DNA from: Camelus dromedarius
Lineage: Eukaryota
NCBI RefSeq assembly: GCF_036321535.1
Contig: NC_087436.1
Span: 34,474,001-34,538,000 of the forward strand
Length of the DNA stretch: 64,000 bases
Reading direction: 5' to 3'
The translations under genes and the position numbers were made by a program. This document shows positions 13,075-26,296 of the stretch, one piece after another. Under the pieces are notes generated by a model. It searched no databases and was not told where the DNA came from. It saw nothing but the letters and a program-made list of their open reading frames with translations. Positions within the stretch are counted from its first letter, which is position 1, and each line of letters begins with the position of its first letter.

Positions 13075-13552
13075 ATAAAAGTGTATTGAAATCCTACTAA
13101 TTGCATAACCTGTTTTCGGTGATGTGGATATATCAGTAATCCAAAGAGATGAAGCTTTTGCTTTCTTGGAGTTTTTATTCTAGAGAGTAAATTAATACAT
13201 CAGTCAAAATCAAAATCAATAGATGTTGTAAAGCCAAGAGTAAAAATGTAGGTAACTGTAGTCAGGCAAGTCTTTTCTGAGCAGGTGAGATCTGAGCAAA
13301 GAGCCAGATGAAGTGAGAGAGTGAGCTGTGAGAACCTTGAGAACAAAGTGCTGGAGACAGAAAGGAAAGCACCTCCAAATGCCCTGTGGTGAGAAAACAC
13401 TGGAGTCAGGGGAGAGCAAGACGGCTGTGAGGGAGGAACAGGGGAAAACGGATAAGATCAAGAACGTCTACAAGACCTTTGACTTGAACTGTTGGATAAA
13501 TGAGGGTCTTAGCTATAGAAACTAAGAAAAACTGGAGAGGGCAAAACTCTGG
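13075..13552 (-). mobile_element. L2, 3' part (interrupted by LTR element)
   Basis: GTATTGAAATCCTACT..TGCTTTCTTGGAGTTTTTATTCTAG, GTAGTCAGGCAAGTCTTTTCTGAGCAGGTGAGATCTGAGC. Confidence 0.8.
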
Positions 13553-16500
13553 GTTAAATTAGTCAAAGTTCAGTCAAAAAACCAGATACCACTTAACAAT
13601 TTACAAGAAAGCAGCAGGATGGGGTTTAGAAGATAACAAAACCACTGGAAGGGATGAGGGCACAAAGATCAGAGAAAGCTGCAACCACCTTCAAGATATC
13701 AGAGAGCAGAAATCACAGGAGATTGTCACCAATGATCTCAACTCCCTGGAGCACCAAAATGAGTGATTCAGGAGAAGATATCTAAACAGTACCTCCAAGA
13801 AAAATCTCACTTCTGTTGCTGGCTGAAGCCCATGATCTCTATTTCTCTGCCTGAACAACACTGACTGTGGAGCAATTGCCCCATATCAGGGTGAAGGGAT
13901 TCTGTTGGTTGCTCCAGTAGAAGACCCACATCTGGTACAACAGCTAATACTGGGTCATCAACTGATCATATTTATGATAATCTCCATTATTTTCAAGTCA
14001 TTTTTAAACATACCAAATAGGTGAGTTAGAAGAAGACCTACCACGAGTCAATGTCCATTCATCTTTCAGGTCTGTTTAGCACTAAATTCTGTCACTCCTT
14101 CAAGATGTAGTGCTGGTTTCTGTTTTTCATTTTATTAAAACAGAAATTAGTGGTAGAGAGAGACAGGTTCCAGGAACTTCCACTTGGATCTTTCTAATAT
14201 GATAGATATTTATTCAAGAGACAACTAGCCAAAGGAAGAATTCTGGGAGTTTCCAAAAAAAGGAGAAAAACTCTGAGAAAAAAATCCACAATAAAACTGA
14301 GTTCACTTTAACAAAGGCTCCATTCAAAACTCCATTTATCACCAGACTCACAATCTCCTCTCTGATTCATGTCCCAGAGAGTGATTTTTTGGATCTTTAA
14401 GGATTATTTTCATTTGAAACTCAGTGTTTATGAATTCTTCAAAATCCTGGAAATTTTATTATTTATCAGCCCACAGTCACCCTCTTAAATGGCCACAGGA
14501 ACATTGTAAGAGAAACAGAAAGAAGATTTAGAGAGCATTGCTTGGCAGTCTCTGGTCCTTCTTTGAGTAGCTCCATTATCCTCTTCTTTCAAGGAATATG
14601 GGACTGTAATTTGTCTCAAGTCTAGAATTGGGTGCAAATTCATGGTTACCCATCATAGTGACTCAATCATGTATATTCAACCAACCAAGAGATTTTTGTC
14701 TCTATTACATGAATCAAGGAAAAATTTAATCATGGGCCCATTTAATTCAGTTCCATGAACCTCATGACCAGTTGGCCATGGCCACATAGTGCAGCTTGCC
14801 CCAATTACTGATCACAGCTCACACCCTGATTCCCGTCACAACTAGCATACTCACTGCGTTGTTAGCAATTAAGCTCTAGCACATGGTCCCTGACCCTCTA
14901 GAATCTTACATTTAACAGGGATATCAACAGGGCTATATCCATGGTGACATTTCTCACCTCCCTTCCTGCCTGCTGAGTACCATCTTAGAGGGTTTTAAGG
15001 ATGCTTTTTCACCAGTGCTCTTAATGCTGTAGTATGGTGACTCGTTCTTCGGTCCCTCACAAGGACATAGCTGGGTAAGCAATTCACCGTCATTCATCCA
15101 TGTTAACACACTGATCTCTCTAGTCTTTAGATTCCTTGCTCTAAATAATACCAAAGGATTTCTGGCATCTCAACTTTATATAATGTAGGTGACTATGGTG
15201 TCCAGGTTTTGGTTAACCAATAGTGAGCTGTTACTACCACTCCCAGAGGCTTGAGCTAACACGGAATTCTTACTGTACAGTGAGTGTTCCTGTGTTGATA
15301 AACATGGCTTGATTTAATGTTATATTTTTCCTCTCTGATCTTAAACCTTTAGAACCCATTCATATTTGTATTTCCCAGGTTTCTACTGATACACATTTGT
15401 AAACGTTTGCTATTCTTTTATGTATAGGTAGGATCTCATCCACTCCACTGGTTTCTAAGTCTGGAAATAAAAAGAGGTCATATACCTAGGACTTAAAAAG
15501 GAAGGATACCCCTTTATAACTACTTTGGTAAAAATATTAGAGGTATTTGAGTAGTGGAGATTAACCTTAGACAGGGAAGAAGGTGGTGATTCTAACTGCA
15601 AATGCATTTGAAGATGTAAGGTACTCAGATTCATTGGCATCCATCCAAATTTGTCCCAAATTCACAGGTTCTTAAATGAGATCTAAAGCTTTATATAAGG
15701 TTACTGATAATACTGTGAATGAACTCGTGTTATAATTCAAGAAGCCCTCATTGATTGTTTGTCCCTCCATTGAGGGAAGTGGAAAGGAAAAGGAAGCATT
15801 AGTTATGGAATCTCATTTGTCCCCTGGACCATGTCTTGATCTAAGACTGTGGAATGAACTTATTTTCATTCTGTTGCAGTTCAGTGTAGTATGTCAGCCC
15901 TCTACAGGATCTTTATATTCAGACTTTCCATAATAATATTTTATAATAGCAGCTACTTTACCAACTGAAAACTGTTTTAATTTAAGTTCTGTTTTTTCAG
16001 TTGACGTGTACCTGATTTGCAATGTTAGCTTCAGGTGTACAGCAGAGTGATTCAGTTGTACATACACAGATATATATTTATTTTTTCAGATTCTTTTCCA
16101 TTATAGCTTATTACAAGAAATTGAATATAGTTTCCTGTGCTATATAGTAGGTCCTTGTTGTTTATCTATTTTATATATGGTAATGTGTAGCTGTTAAAAC
16201 CAAAACCTGTTTTTGGTGGGAACTTCATTCCAGGTAACTATTGGACATACTAGACCTAATTAATTTGCTACTGAATACCATGGAAAACATTTTCTCCATT
16301 TTCACCAGTGATGAGTTCATTAACTGTCTTCATATCCAATCAAAACAAGTAATCAATCAATTCTACCATTGAGGATCTATTTTCTGACTGATTGAGAAAT
16401 CAGGCTTTGGCCAGAACATAGCCTGATATTATAAGCAAGTGGACATGTAATACACCGAATAAGAATCTTAGAAAGAAATTGAATGGCTGGGAAACAGAAA

Positions 16501-16835
16501 GACCAGGGAAGGTCACTGCTAGCTTTACAAAATCAGCAAGTATGGGCATTGTGGAAAGTATTGGCATTTATTTCAGCTGCTTCTGGCAACAAAGTGAATG
16601 ATTCATAAGAGAACCCAAAGAAGCTATGATCAAACTTGACATCTGCCACATGTTTCCTTATCATTGCCATAGAAATAATTGTTTTTCCTACTGTTCCACC
16701 TCTCATCCAGTCAAGCACTTCTCATTGCCAAATCTTTACTGGAACAAGGGATTCTGGGAAATGCATTTCCAATTTTTCCAGGCTCTGAAATACAGGGAGG
16801 AGAAAACAATTAGTGGGAATGAATGCTGGCTGAAA
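13553..16835 (-). mobile_element. Decayed ERVL/MaLR-class provirus relic (LTR-like ends, gag remnant)
   Basis: Minus strand near 14710-14790 reads MWPWPTGHEVHGTELNGPMIKFFLDSCN, similar to recalled ERVL Gag LWHWLINHGVPRSEIDRKPTAFLLNLYK; LTR-like sequence at both ends (ATTAGTCAAAGTTCAGTCA..; TCTGGGAAATGCATTT); no pol motifs seen. Confidence 0.65.
15975..16198 (-). mobile_element. L1 3'-end fragment nested in the ERVL/MaLR relic
   Basis: TTCAGGTGTACAGCAGAGTGATTCAGTTG..TTATTACAAGAAATTGAATATAGTTTCCTGTGCTATATAGTAGGTCCTTG. Confidence 0.9.
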
Positions 16836-16889
16836 AAACAAAAAAAAAAACAAAAAAAAAAAAAAAAAAAGAAAGAAAGAAAAGAGAAA
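16833..16889 (+). repeat. Poly(A)/A-rich simple repeat
   Basis: A runs of up to 19 nt followed by GAAA units. Confidence 0.95.
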
Positions 16890-17410
16890 TGAAAAGATAA
16901 TCACAGAGTCTAAAATAAATTGTTAAGTTTGGGATACCTGTTAAGCATGGGTGTGGTGATTATGTGTAGGTAACTGAACATACAGCTCTGGAAATCAGGA
17001 GAGTCCCAGGGTGGTAGTATGCAATTTCAGGTACAGAGTCCAGGTACAAATTAAAGTCACCAATTGCTTTGGCATGAGAACCCCAGTGAAGTATGTGTAG
17101 ACAGAGGGCAGGAGAGGTTCACTGACTATACCTTAGGCCGTTCCAACATCACAGATTAGGGGGGAAAAAAAAGCATGAATTAGTTACTCCAACCCAGAAA
17201 AAGAGATCAGGGATTGACAATGGAGAATAACTAAGAGAGTGGATTCGAAATTCAAGCAAATAATATGTTTCAAGAAGTAAGAAACCACCAATCATGTTAA
17301 ACGCTGCTAAGAGGTTGCAAGTAAAATAAAAACTCTGAAATGACCATGGATTTTAGAAAAGTAGAGGTTATTTTATTCAGACACGAGCTCTTTTGGTAGA
17401 ATGGTGGCAG
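16890..17410 (-). mobile_element. L2, continuation of 13075-13552
   Basis: TGTTAAGTTTGGGATACCTG.., CAATCATGTTAAACGCTGCTAAGAGGTT, TGACCATGGATTTTAG typical of antisense L2. Confidence 0.8.
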
Positions 17411-17874
17411 AATGAAGATTTTTTTTTTTAATTGTAAATTTAACATTGATTTAAAAAGCAACCACTGGTCACAATATAAGACACATATGTTAGGGTTATA
17501 TAATCAGTGGATGCCGCCTTCCTGTGGCCATCAAAACTAACTAGCCAAATAACTAACCACTAACCCTGTAAACCTGCTATGGCTGTGACCAACTATCTAA
17601 GAAATTAAATGAGACTTTCAATAACCCTTTGATGAATGATGGAATATTGGACTTTCTCCGAGGATACAGAAACAGAGAAAGTAAGCAAATCAAGAGATAG
17701 GGAGACAAGACACCTTACTAATTATCCAATTGACTCAGTGTGAGGCACCAAAAAGAAACTATAAACAATTTCTCATGGTGGAATTAGTCCAGATTCTTAT
17801 ATTATCAAATCAATATATTCTAAACAAATAATTTATCTGGAAAAAAATAATATTTAGAGTCAAAAGTGAAGGAA

Positions 17875-18068
17875 AATAACTTTTTGAGCCCTACTGTGTA
17901 TCACGCTTATGCATATCTAATCCTTCCAACCCTTCTTTGATGTTAGTCCCATTTGTCAAATGAGAAAAACTGAGGCTGAGAGAGATGATAGAATTTGTGC
18001 CCAATCATTTGACTAGTAAATGCTAGATCTTGGATTCAAACATAAGCCTGAGTCCATTCTTTCCACGT
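17875..18068 (-). mobile_element. MIR SINE
   Basis: CCCATTTGTCAAATGAGAAAAACTGAGGCTGAGAGAG core and GGATTCAAAC. Confidence 0.85.
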
Positions 18069-20523
18069 TTCACCCTCAATTTCAGCTTCTTTTTCTTGAG
18101 CACATGGTATGTACATATGATACATATGTGATAAAATATATGTATTATACTAAAATATACATGAGATTAAAACATCTTCCTCTATCATATCCTAAGCTTT
18201 ATGATTAAATGAAGCAACCAAAGAATTTCATTTTATAAACTGTAGAACTACAGAACATTAGAAACACAACAGGATTTACAGATCTTTTTTTTACATTTTT
18301 AAAATAATGACTTTTAATTACATATATCCCTTTTTCAAAGGATAATTTTTGGCAAAGTCAGGTATAAAACAAACAAACAAAACCAACAATACTAGAAATT
18401 ATGACCACTTGGCAAATTTTAGGCAAGTCTTTCCCTTACCAAGGAACAATTTTGAAGATAATCAACAACATATTTTCAGGAAGAAGAGTCTCCCAGGCTT
18501 ATGAAAGCACACAGAGAGATGAATAAAGCATAAATGGAGAGCAAAAAGCTGGCGAGAGTGAAGGAAACTGAGAATTACGGTAATGATACCTCAAAAGATT
18601 CCAACAACATTCTAAAAACTTATACATGACTTAACTGTGTGAAAATTCATTTAAAAAAGCAAAATGTCTGTATTTTTAACTCATTTAGAGAGGGAGACAT
18701 AATGCAGTTTTTTTTTCTCTCAATAGACCTTTGAGAGGTAGGTCTTCTAAAAGATCGATAGGCGTGGCAGTCTGAAATGTCAAATTAAAAACTTACTTTA
18801 TAATTAATCATACTGTGACGAATCCATCTGGTAGCTAAACAACTAACATTTTTAGATAAGCTAAAATCATTGTCTAATTTTTAATAGATCTTCTTTGATC
18901 TGAAAAATAATTACACAAAATTTCCAACATGTGTTATTTCAAATAAGAAATATGAGATTCTAAAATGATGACCTGATTTCTATCATCTCAGAAACTTTAA
19001 ATAGTGCATATTGAACATTGGATGTTTAAATTTTGGCAGGAAATCAAAAGCTGTTTTATTTCTTGTTATTCTGCTAAAATCAATGCTATTTTTGTTCAGA
19101 ATATATTAATTATTTTAAATACAGTACTTATATAAAAAGAAGAAACTTGACAAATTTAAAGTCAGTATTTAATTTGCTTGTGCAAGTTTTCTATCTCACT
19201 TCTCTAACCTTCTCTTGAACTTATATCCATTTTTAATTTACATTTCAAATGTCTAGTTCAGAGCTGAATGACAATAAATATAGACCAATAAGCTAACATC
19301 ATAAAACCTGTTTGTAATTTTAAAACTTTAATATTATGTTCTATGCATAAGTGTCAATGGTTCCTTTATAAAACAACAAATAAAAAGCTATGAAAAAGCA
19401 TCTTAGTTTTAAACTACATGTCTTCAATAAAACACTTGCATGATTAGAAACAAAGCAACAATTCACCAGAGCTAAAACTAAACATAATCAGGAACAGAGC
19501 AATTAAATTATAATAAAGAGTATGAGGCCCATCTGTGCTGTGATACAGATGACAGAAGTACATTAGACTATTGATGATGGGTTTTACATGAGATGGGAAG
19601 ATAGTGATGTCCCTATAGTCATTTTCTCATACATTCACCAAACTTGTTATTACCAAGTTCTCCAGCTTTGTCTTGTTATATTTTTCCAAATGTCAGCATT
19701 AAAATTTGAAGGCACTCTACTGAGACTGAGTTTAAAACAGTCACCACAAAGGATGACTCAGAACTCTTCCGAGTAAATATTTGCAGCCAGCCTTTTAGCA
19801 GAACTCACAGAAAGTTAGTCACACTACTTGAATTGTGTGGTCTAAGCCATGCAAAAGAGAAATAAAAAAAAATCCCCCAGAAGGTGTTAAGAATTAAGAG
19901 AGAATCAAATTGTTTAAATGATCCAGAATATTTAAAGAATTAGAGAGGAGCAAATTTTAATTTGTAAGGCAAATATGAATGTATATGTGGCCGGACTTGG
20001 AGAACTTTTTTTCATTTCATGGTTTTATTGTATTTCTTTCTGTCTGTGAACTGCCACATAACATAAAACCAGAAAACACCTCAGGAACCTTTTGGGAGAC
20101 CTAGCATCCTTCACGTGAAATCTTTGTGCCTCTTTGTCCTGAAGACTAGTGTATGTATTTCGGTAGTAACAAAAATTTGTATTAAGCTTACCTGTTTATT
20201 TGAATCCATAATTGCCACTAATGCAGTGAATGCTATGGAACATCCCAATTGTGTCTAGTTCCAGAGGCACTGATCATTTGGCATAATGAGAAATGAGCAA
20301 GTTTCAATTATGAAGATGCTTGGCTTCTCTTAAATAACCTTTCCTTATTGCAAGTAAACAAAGGAAACAATGAAAATATTTTGAAAACATTATAGGGTCA
20401 AAGGAAGAAAAAAGAGCATATAGTAAAAGACAAATTGTTACCATGATAATTTCAAACTGTTTATCAAAAACATAATACATTACCAAATACCTAGTATTAA
20501 GAAAACTTATCTGTATTCCCACA

Positions 20524-20583
20524 TATAATATGTACTATCAGTATAATATGTTCTATCAATATAATATGTTATATCAATATAAT
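20524..20583 (+). repeat. Tandem repeat, ~3.3 copies of 18-mer TATAATATGTWHTATCAR
   Basis: Copies start at 20524, 20542 and 20560, with a partial copy at 20578. Confidence 0.9.
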
Positions 20584-21339
20584 TTTCACATAAATCATGT
20601 ATTATATCAATGTAATAAATTCTAAGGCTGGCAGGTAAAGAGATCATTTGGAGCAATGATGCTAAACTAAGAAGAGAGATTATTTCTAAGCCAGATGCCT
20701 AATTTGAGGGCTCACGGCATCCTCTAGACCTAATTCTTTTTAACTCAAGTTAGAAAAGATGAATGATCACTGCCTGAGAATATTTCAGGAGGAAATTCTT
20801 TTGAAAAATTAATAAAAATCTCAGTAAGTTCTATCTGAAGTTTTTTTTCCCCACTAGCAAATACAAAATTAATTGTAGAACAATGTTTCCCACAGATTAG
20901 CTTTATTTTTCTTTTAATTTTCCTAACCACTGAGTTTTGACATAGCAGTGAAAATAACCATCAGCCATCATTAATTTGGTACGAAAGAGCACTTCACACT
21001 GAATTAGTAGCAATTTCCTAGTTATTTTATAAGGTGATTCATATTTTAAAATGACAATCTGTGTTTTATAAAATATATGTATAAACTGGAATTATCTGCT
21101 GTGATTATGACTATTTCAATATATCTGCCTTCAACTGGCTAACATTTAAAAGTAAACATGCCCCTTCTAATCAGATACGCTCTGACATCTAGTCATTCCC
21201 TCATATTTGCATAAATATCCTATACAAACAATACCATCGAATATAAATTTATTAATTTCCTATGAACAGCTATAATGTTAAAATACCTTTTCCCCTAGAA
21301 AACAGACACCAGTTAAAGTCAGAGTTCTGTACTAGAATT

Positions 21340-21548
21340 TTCTGGGGCTTGGGAGCCACAGACCTGAATTTCAGTCCTGACTCAGACACAAACTATTGTG
21401 TTATGAAATTCTCCAGCCTCAGTTTTCTGTAAAATGAGAGTATATATATATAATGTCAACTGAAGAGAGTAATCATGATGGTTGGAGACAGTTTATGTTC
21501 TTAACATACACAGTGTCTACTGCTTAGTCAGTACCAATTAAATAGCAA
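21340..21548 (+). mobile_element. MIR SINE
   Basis: CAGACCTGAATTTCAGTCCTGACTC..AGCCTCAGTTTTCTGTAAAATGAG. Confidence 0.75.
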
Positions 21549-21734
21549 CATTTTTTTCAAATGTTTTCCAAAGAAGAGGAAAAAAATACTTGAAGATGGC
21601 CTTATATCTTTTTATTTAATGCTGACAAACATGGCAGTTGAATATACTGTCTTTGTTATCAGTGTCTCCTGGTTTCTTATTCTTAGCTTTCTCCTCACTC
21701 ACTGTAATTCATTCATTTGTTTTTCCCTAGCTTC

Positions 21735-22333
21735 AACTCTATGCAAGGCCTTGCATGTGGATAAGTGCTTTCAGAGGCTTGGAGCGTCGGTTCTGCAGGT
21801 TGGAAGTCACAGACAGCAGGGACGGCAGTGGGGCTGTCTCTGGTCTCTCACCATCCTGCAGAGAGGGATGCTTGGCAGGACCCAGAGGGGTTCCTTTGGG
21901 GTCTTGCTAGGAGAGGGATTCCAGTCTTCTGTGGCTTTCCTTTTTGTGCACAAGCACAGGGACAAATTTGTGAGGGAGATGGTAAATGTTTGGGGGACAA
22001 GAACCAAGGAGACTGAATTTTGGTCCAACACTCGAGGAGAGTGCTGGGAAATAAATGTCAGCTGCCCAGCACCTGGAGAACGTGTGGGGCTCCAGCCCCA
22101 TGAGGTACTGAGTTTAGGAGCAGCTCTTCCTGCTACGGGGACTTAGATAACCCAGAGAGAGTTTCTGGGGTGACGTGCCAGATAGTACCTCTGGTCTCCA
22201 CAGGAGAGCAGGCAGTGATAGTGTCCTCTTGAGGTCTCTGTCTTAGTTTCCTTGTTCACAACTACTAGTCCCTCAGTTTAGTAAGAAGAAATCCTATCAT
22301 CCTTGAATGTGTATGAGGACATCCTGTGATACA
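21735..22333. mobile_element. Putative ancient LTR fragment (family not identified)
   Basis: ~600-bp block of raised GC in AT-rich DNA ending ..CCTGTGATACA; no TSD identified. Confidence 0.35.
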
Positions 22334-23811
22334 TCCTCCAACGACCTTGGAGGGATGAAAATGATAAGAACTGCTGGCTCCACACCAGTGGTAGATTAGA
22401 CTGCCATGGGGTTCTGTATTAAGGGGAAATTCCCTATGCGATCCACATACTATATCAAATAAGGTTGGACAGTCGGAAACATAGACAGCTAGTATTATAA
22501 GAAGCTAGTCTGTTTTGGTGAAGGGCTGTCACTACACAAAACCTGCAAGGCTGCTAGGCTCAGCCTTGGTAAGGACTCTGTAGATAACACTTAAATGTCA
22601 CAGGTGACATTGAGATTACATATAAGAAATAAATTTGGGAAAGTGCTCTGTGAATTCTAAAGGGCTGTAAAATATAAATCATCTTAATAGTACTTCTGCA
22701 GATTTTGTAAAAGGGACATAAACCTCAGTGTTCAAGTTAATGTTTTCAAGGCCTTGAAAAAGACAAATGTGATTAGAAACAAATAAAAATAATGGTACGA
22801 AATTAAGATTTGTCTCTGTCACAAGGTTTGCTTTAAGTTTTTCCAACAAGTAAATATTATTTTGTTTGCCCTGTTAGATTGTTTCTACAACACTGAGTGA
22901 CATGCACATAAACTGTTAAATAAAAAGTAGAAGAAAATCCTCACAACCAAAGACATTAACAGTGGCTTTCTCCGGTAAGAAGAGTTGCAGGGATTTTATT
23001 CACTTCTTTTACATTTTTAATATTTATACATTTTCTATAAATTCTATTTGCTACTTTTATGATAAAATGTCTTTCTAAAATATAATTTTCCCCATAATAA
23101 TACTTTTATTTTCTCAAATATTCAAATTCTGTAATGCCTACCTTGACTCTTGTTCGGTTCAAATAGCAATTGTGTGAAGAGGCCACTATCCTTCTCTTCT
23201 GATTTTAAGAGACTTACTGATTTTAGTATGCCAACTTTCAAGTAAGTTATGAAATATAGCATTAAAAAATCATCATACAAAATGTTAGTATTATCTGTTC
23301 TCTACCCTTAAGTGTATTAAAATTTAAGGAAAATTTATAAATGCCTTGATTATTCACATTGTTACCAAAGATGCTCTTCTCCGCAGGATATATAACTTCA
23401 ATCTCTCATCTTCAGTCCTCATCTTATGATAGGTTCAAATATAACAGCACCCTAAATAACTGAGGCTAACTCATGTATGCTATCAAAATAATCTTCTCTT
23501 TTCTTAATGCTTTCTTATTGCTCCTGCAATAATGCGGTAATACTCCCGAGACATTTCTGACTTGCTCTCCCAATATTTTTTTTAAATGAACACAAAATTG
23601 AATGCTACTAAACGTATTAGATGTGTTTCTTAAAGGTCTCTCATGCATTATATATTTTATCATATTTCTAATTGATAACATTCATTTTATTTAAGGCTTA
23701 TTAAATCATAAAAAATCGATTAAGAATGGTAACTGTTACTTGAACAGAATTTGCAGTTGGTATAAAGCACATTGTGATAGTTTTCATAATGGCTGAGATG
23801 CGCTTTTTAAA

Positions 23812-23944
23812 ACTTTTTGGGGAGGGAGATAATTAAGTTTATTTATTTTTTGTAGTATTTTTTTTTTAATGGAGATACTCGAGATTGAACCCTGGACCTC
23901 ACACATGCTAAGCACACATTCTACCACTGAGCTATACCCTTCCC
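23812..23944 (-). mobile_element. Vic-1-like tRNA-Ala-derived SINE
   Basis: Reverse complement GGGAAGGGTATAGCTCAGTGGTAGAATGTGTGCTTAGCATGTGTGAGGTCCAGGGTTCAATC..CTCCATT plus A-rich tail. Confidence 0.9.
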
Positions 23945-25880
23945 TTGAAATCTTATCTTATGAGCCAAGATCTTTTTTATTTGATGCTGCTTCTGCAGCT
24001 ATTGCATGTCAAGTGCTCCTGAATCGTTTAAATACTTTCTGGAACTACTTTCCACTGAGCAATAATTTTGCAGGTAGCTTCTATTGAGATATTTTCATAC
24101 AAACATCCACCTACAACTCACTATTGTATTAATTCTGGGACAACTACTGAGGACTTATTTTACCACATAGCTCGATATTCCTTTTATGAGAACCCACAGG
24201 AGATGCGTCTTTCAGAATTCGATATCAAGGAAAAGCTACTTGTAATTACACTGGTTTATTTCAATTTATAAGAATTACAGAGAAGTTTAGTATCTCAGGA
24301 CTCTTTGTGTTTCCTTGCTGGTAGGAAATGTATAGTCAATCTATAACCCTCCTCCTCCACCTGGACAGAACCTGATTTTATTAATTATTTGATTATTGCA
24401 TGCCTGGATTCAACCCACTATTAACATTTACTTCCCTTCACCCTCAGTAACTGATCCCTTTTAATTTTTATTTTGTTGTATTATGCTTGCCTTTGTCACT
24501 TACCTCATACTTCTTTTAAAAGAGAAAAGTAAATGGAATAAGTAACAAGGAGGATTGTGCTTTTTTCCAATATGCAATTTACATGTAGTAATACCACATT
24601 ACTGGGAAAAGTTGGGCAATTGGGAAGGAAATTTTTGAGGGACATTATTCAATCCACTTCAGTGGCACATGGCAAATGTTTATGTGGGTAATTTCTAAGG
24701 AAGATAGATACTGTGTTTTACGTTTTAGGAGACTTCTAAACTTCTTACACATCACGGTAGGTTGAACATTCAAAAAAAAGTGCAGTGGGATTCTCATCTG
24801 AGTTTCATACAATGTTCCAAAAGTCCCAGAACTACGAGAAGAATAAGACAAGGGAGGATAGATAATCTATCCCAAGCTTCTAACCACTCAAATAGATTAT
24901 ATTAAACATTCTTAACACTCACCCCGATGGGGAGAGAGGAGAGAGCAGTTCAAGAAGACTGAGGCTCCGACTCTGTATTTGCAGCTGGGCTTCCAGCCTT
25001 GCTGGCACAGAAAACACCCACTTGTGGAATGTCACTTTCCAGGGGAGCTTGCTGACCAGCAGAGGTTACAGTTGGAAGTCTTGGAGGCCCTCTGCTGAAC
25101 CAGTGAATCTATTAAAGGGATGTTAATGCTGGATTCACACAATGGCAGATAGAGACCATTATACTGAATTTAGTCATACCCTAAAAATGATATAAACATA
25201 TGTTGTCAGTGCTTAAAATGATACACTATATAAAACTGAGCCAACATCCCAAGGTACTTGAACTTCATTTTCTTTTTATTATGAACAATACCTCATATTT
25301 ATATGTTACTATCGGTAAAACATCTAAAGAAATTTTCTCTTCAGATATTGTATCCTGATTTTAAGTTTGACAGCATTTCTTAGGCCAGTAGACCCCTAAT
25401 ATTACCGTATGTCTCCATTTTATCAGTTTAAAATGAGCATTTAGTAGTCATTAAATTTTATTTACTAATGCAAAAAGTTGTAATATTCTGAAGTTCACAT
25501 AAATAAATGTCAACTGGTTACAAAAGACTTCAGTATTACTGTAGTTCTTGGTAAAAGCGTGTCATGATACTTGTGTGTTTACTCTTACATTACTTAATGA
25601 TTTTTATTTTTTGCCTTTTCAAGATATTAGGCTGTATAGAACTAAAAAGCATTGGAACATAAATGATAGGAAATGAAACATCAACTTTAGAATTTTAAAA
25701 GCCCTAACTCATAATTTACCTTTTTAATTCTCTGACCTTCACTGGATGGTTCGATGGTTTTGTTTTCCCAAGTTTGAAATGATAGCTTTTTTGTAAGCTT
25801 AGAACTATCTATCATTTATGTCTTTTCTAAGATGCCTTTCTATAATAGTATCATTTCTTATAATGGAAACCTGCAACTAT

Positions 25881-25893
25881 GTTGCTAGGCAAC
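25881..25893. promoter_or_regulatory. RFX X-box motif (GTTGCTAGGCAAC)
   Basis: Inverted GTTGC/GCAAC half-sites; reverse complement GTTGCCTAGCAAC is the 13-bp RFX motif; not in a recognisable repeat; occupancy is not shown by sequence. Confidence 0.6.
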
Positions 25894-26296
25894 GTTGTAA
25901 TAGAGACACAGCTATCACTTGATCCTATTTCAGTGTTCCCAGTTGAAAGCTTTCAGTCATTGACGTTCTGATTCAAAACTAATTTCATCCAAGTGGGTAT
26001 TAGGACAGAAGATGTTAAGGTCATCAAAAGCAGTTTCACTCAAAGTGAAGACCAAGCCTATAAAAAAGTCCATCAGGATATACTAGATAAAGAAGGTCTG
26101 GTCATCCTACTTAAGTATTGCTTTAGTTAGTAATTCCCTAGTTGCAAAACAGGAAAAGAAAAAAAACATTGAAATTAGAGAAGTAATTTATATATTCAAT
26201 TCATATTTTTGTCTCTGTTTAAATTAGTAGTGAGTGTCCTGATGCAATAAAATGCAGCAATTTCGTGGGCCATTTGAAGGTGGGATGCTCCGCTTC

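Noticed and set aside
17419..17530. Poly(T) plus weak CCACTG..CAGTGG stem, considered as Y RNA, Pol III retrocopy or CTCF site
   Set aside because: No match to recalled Y1/Y3/Y4/Y5, 7SK, U6 or vault sequences; no TSD found; the CTCF-like TGGCCACAGGAAGGCG has mismatches in the core
20524..20583. Tandem repeats here and at 9902-9963 as CRISPR-like arrays
   Set aside because: Head-to-tail copies without spacers, in eukaryotic DNA
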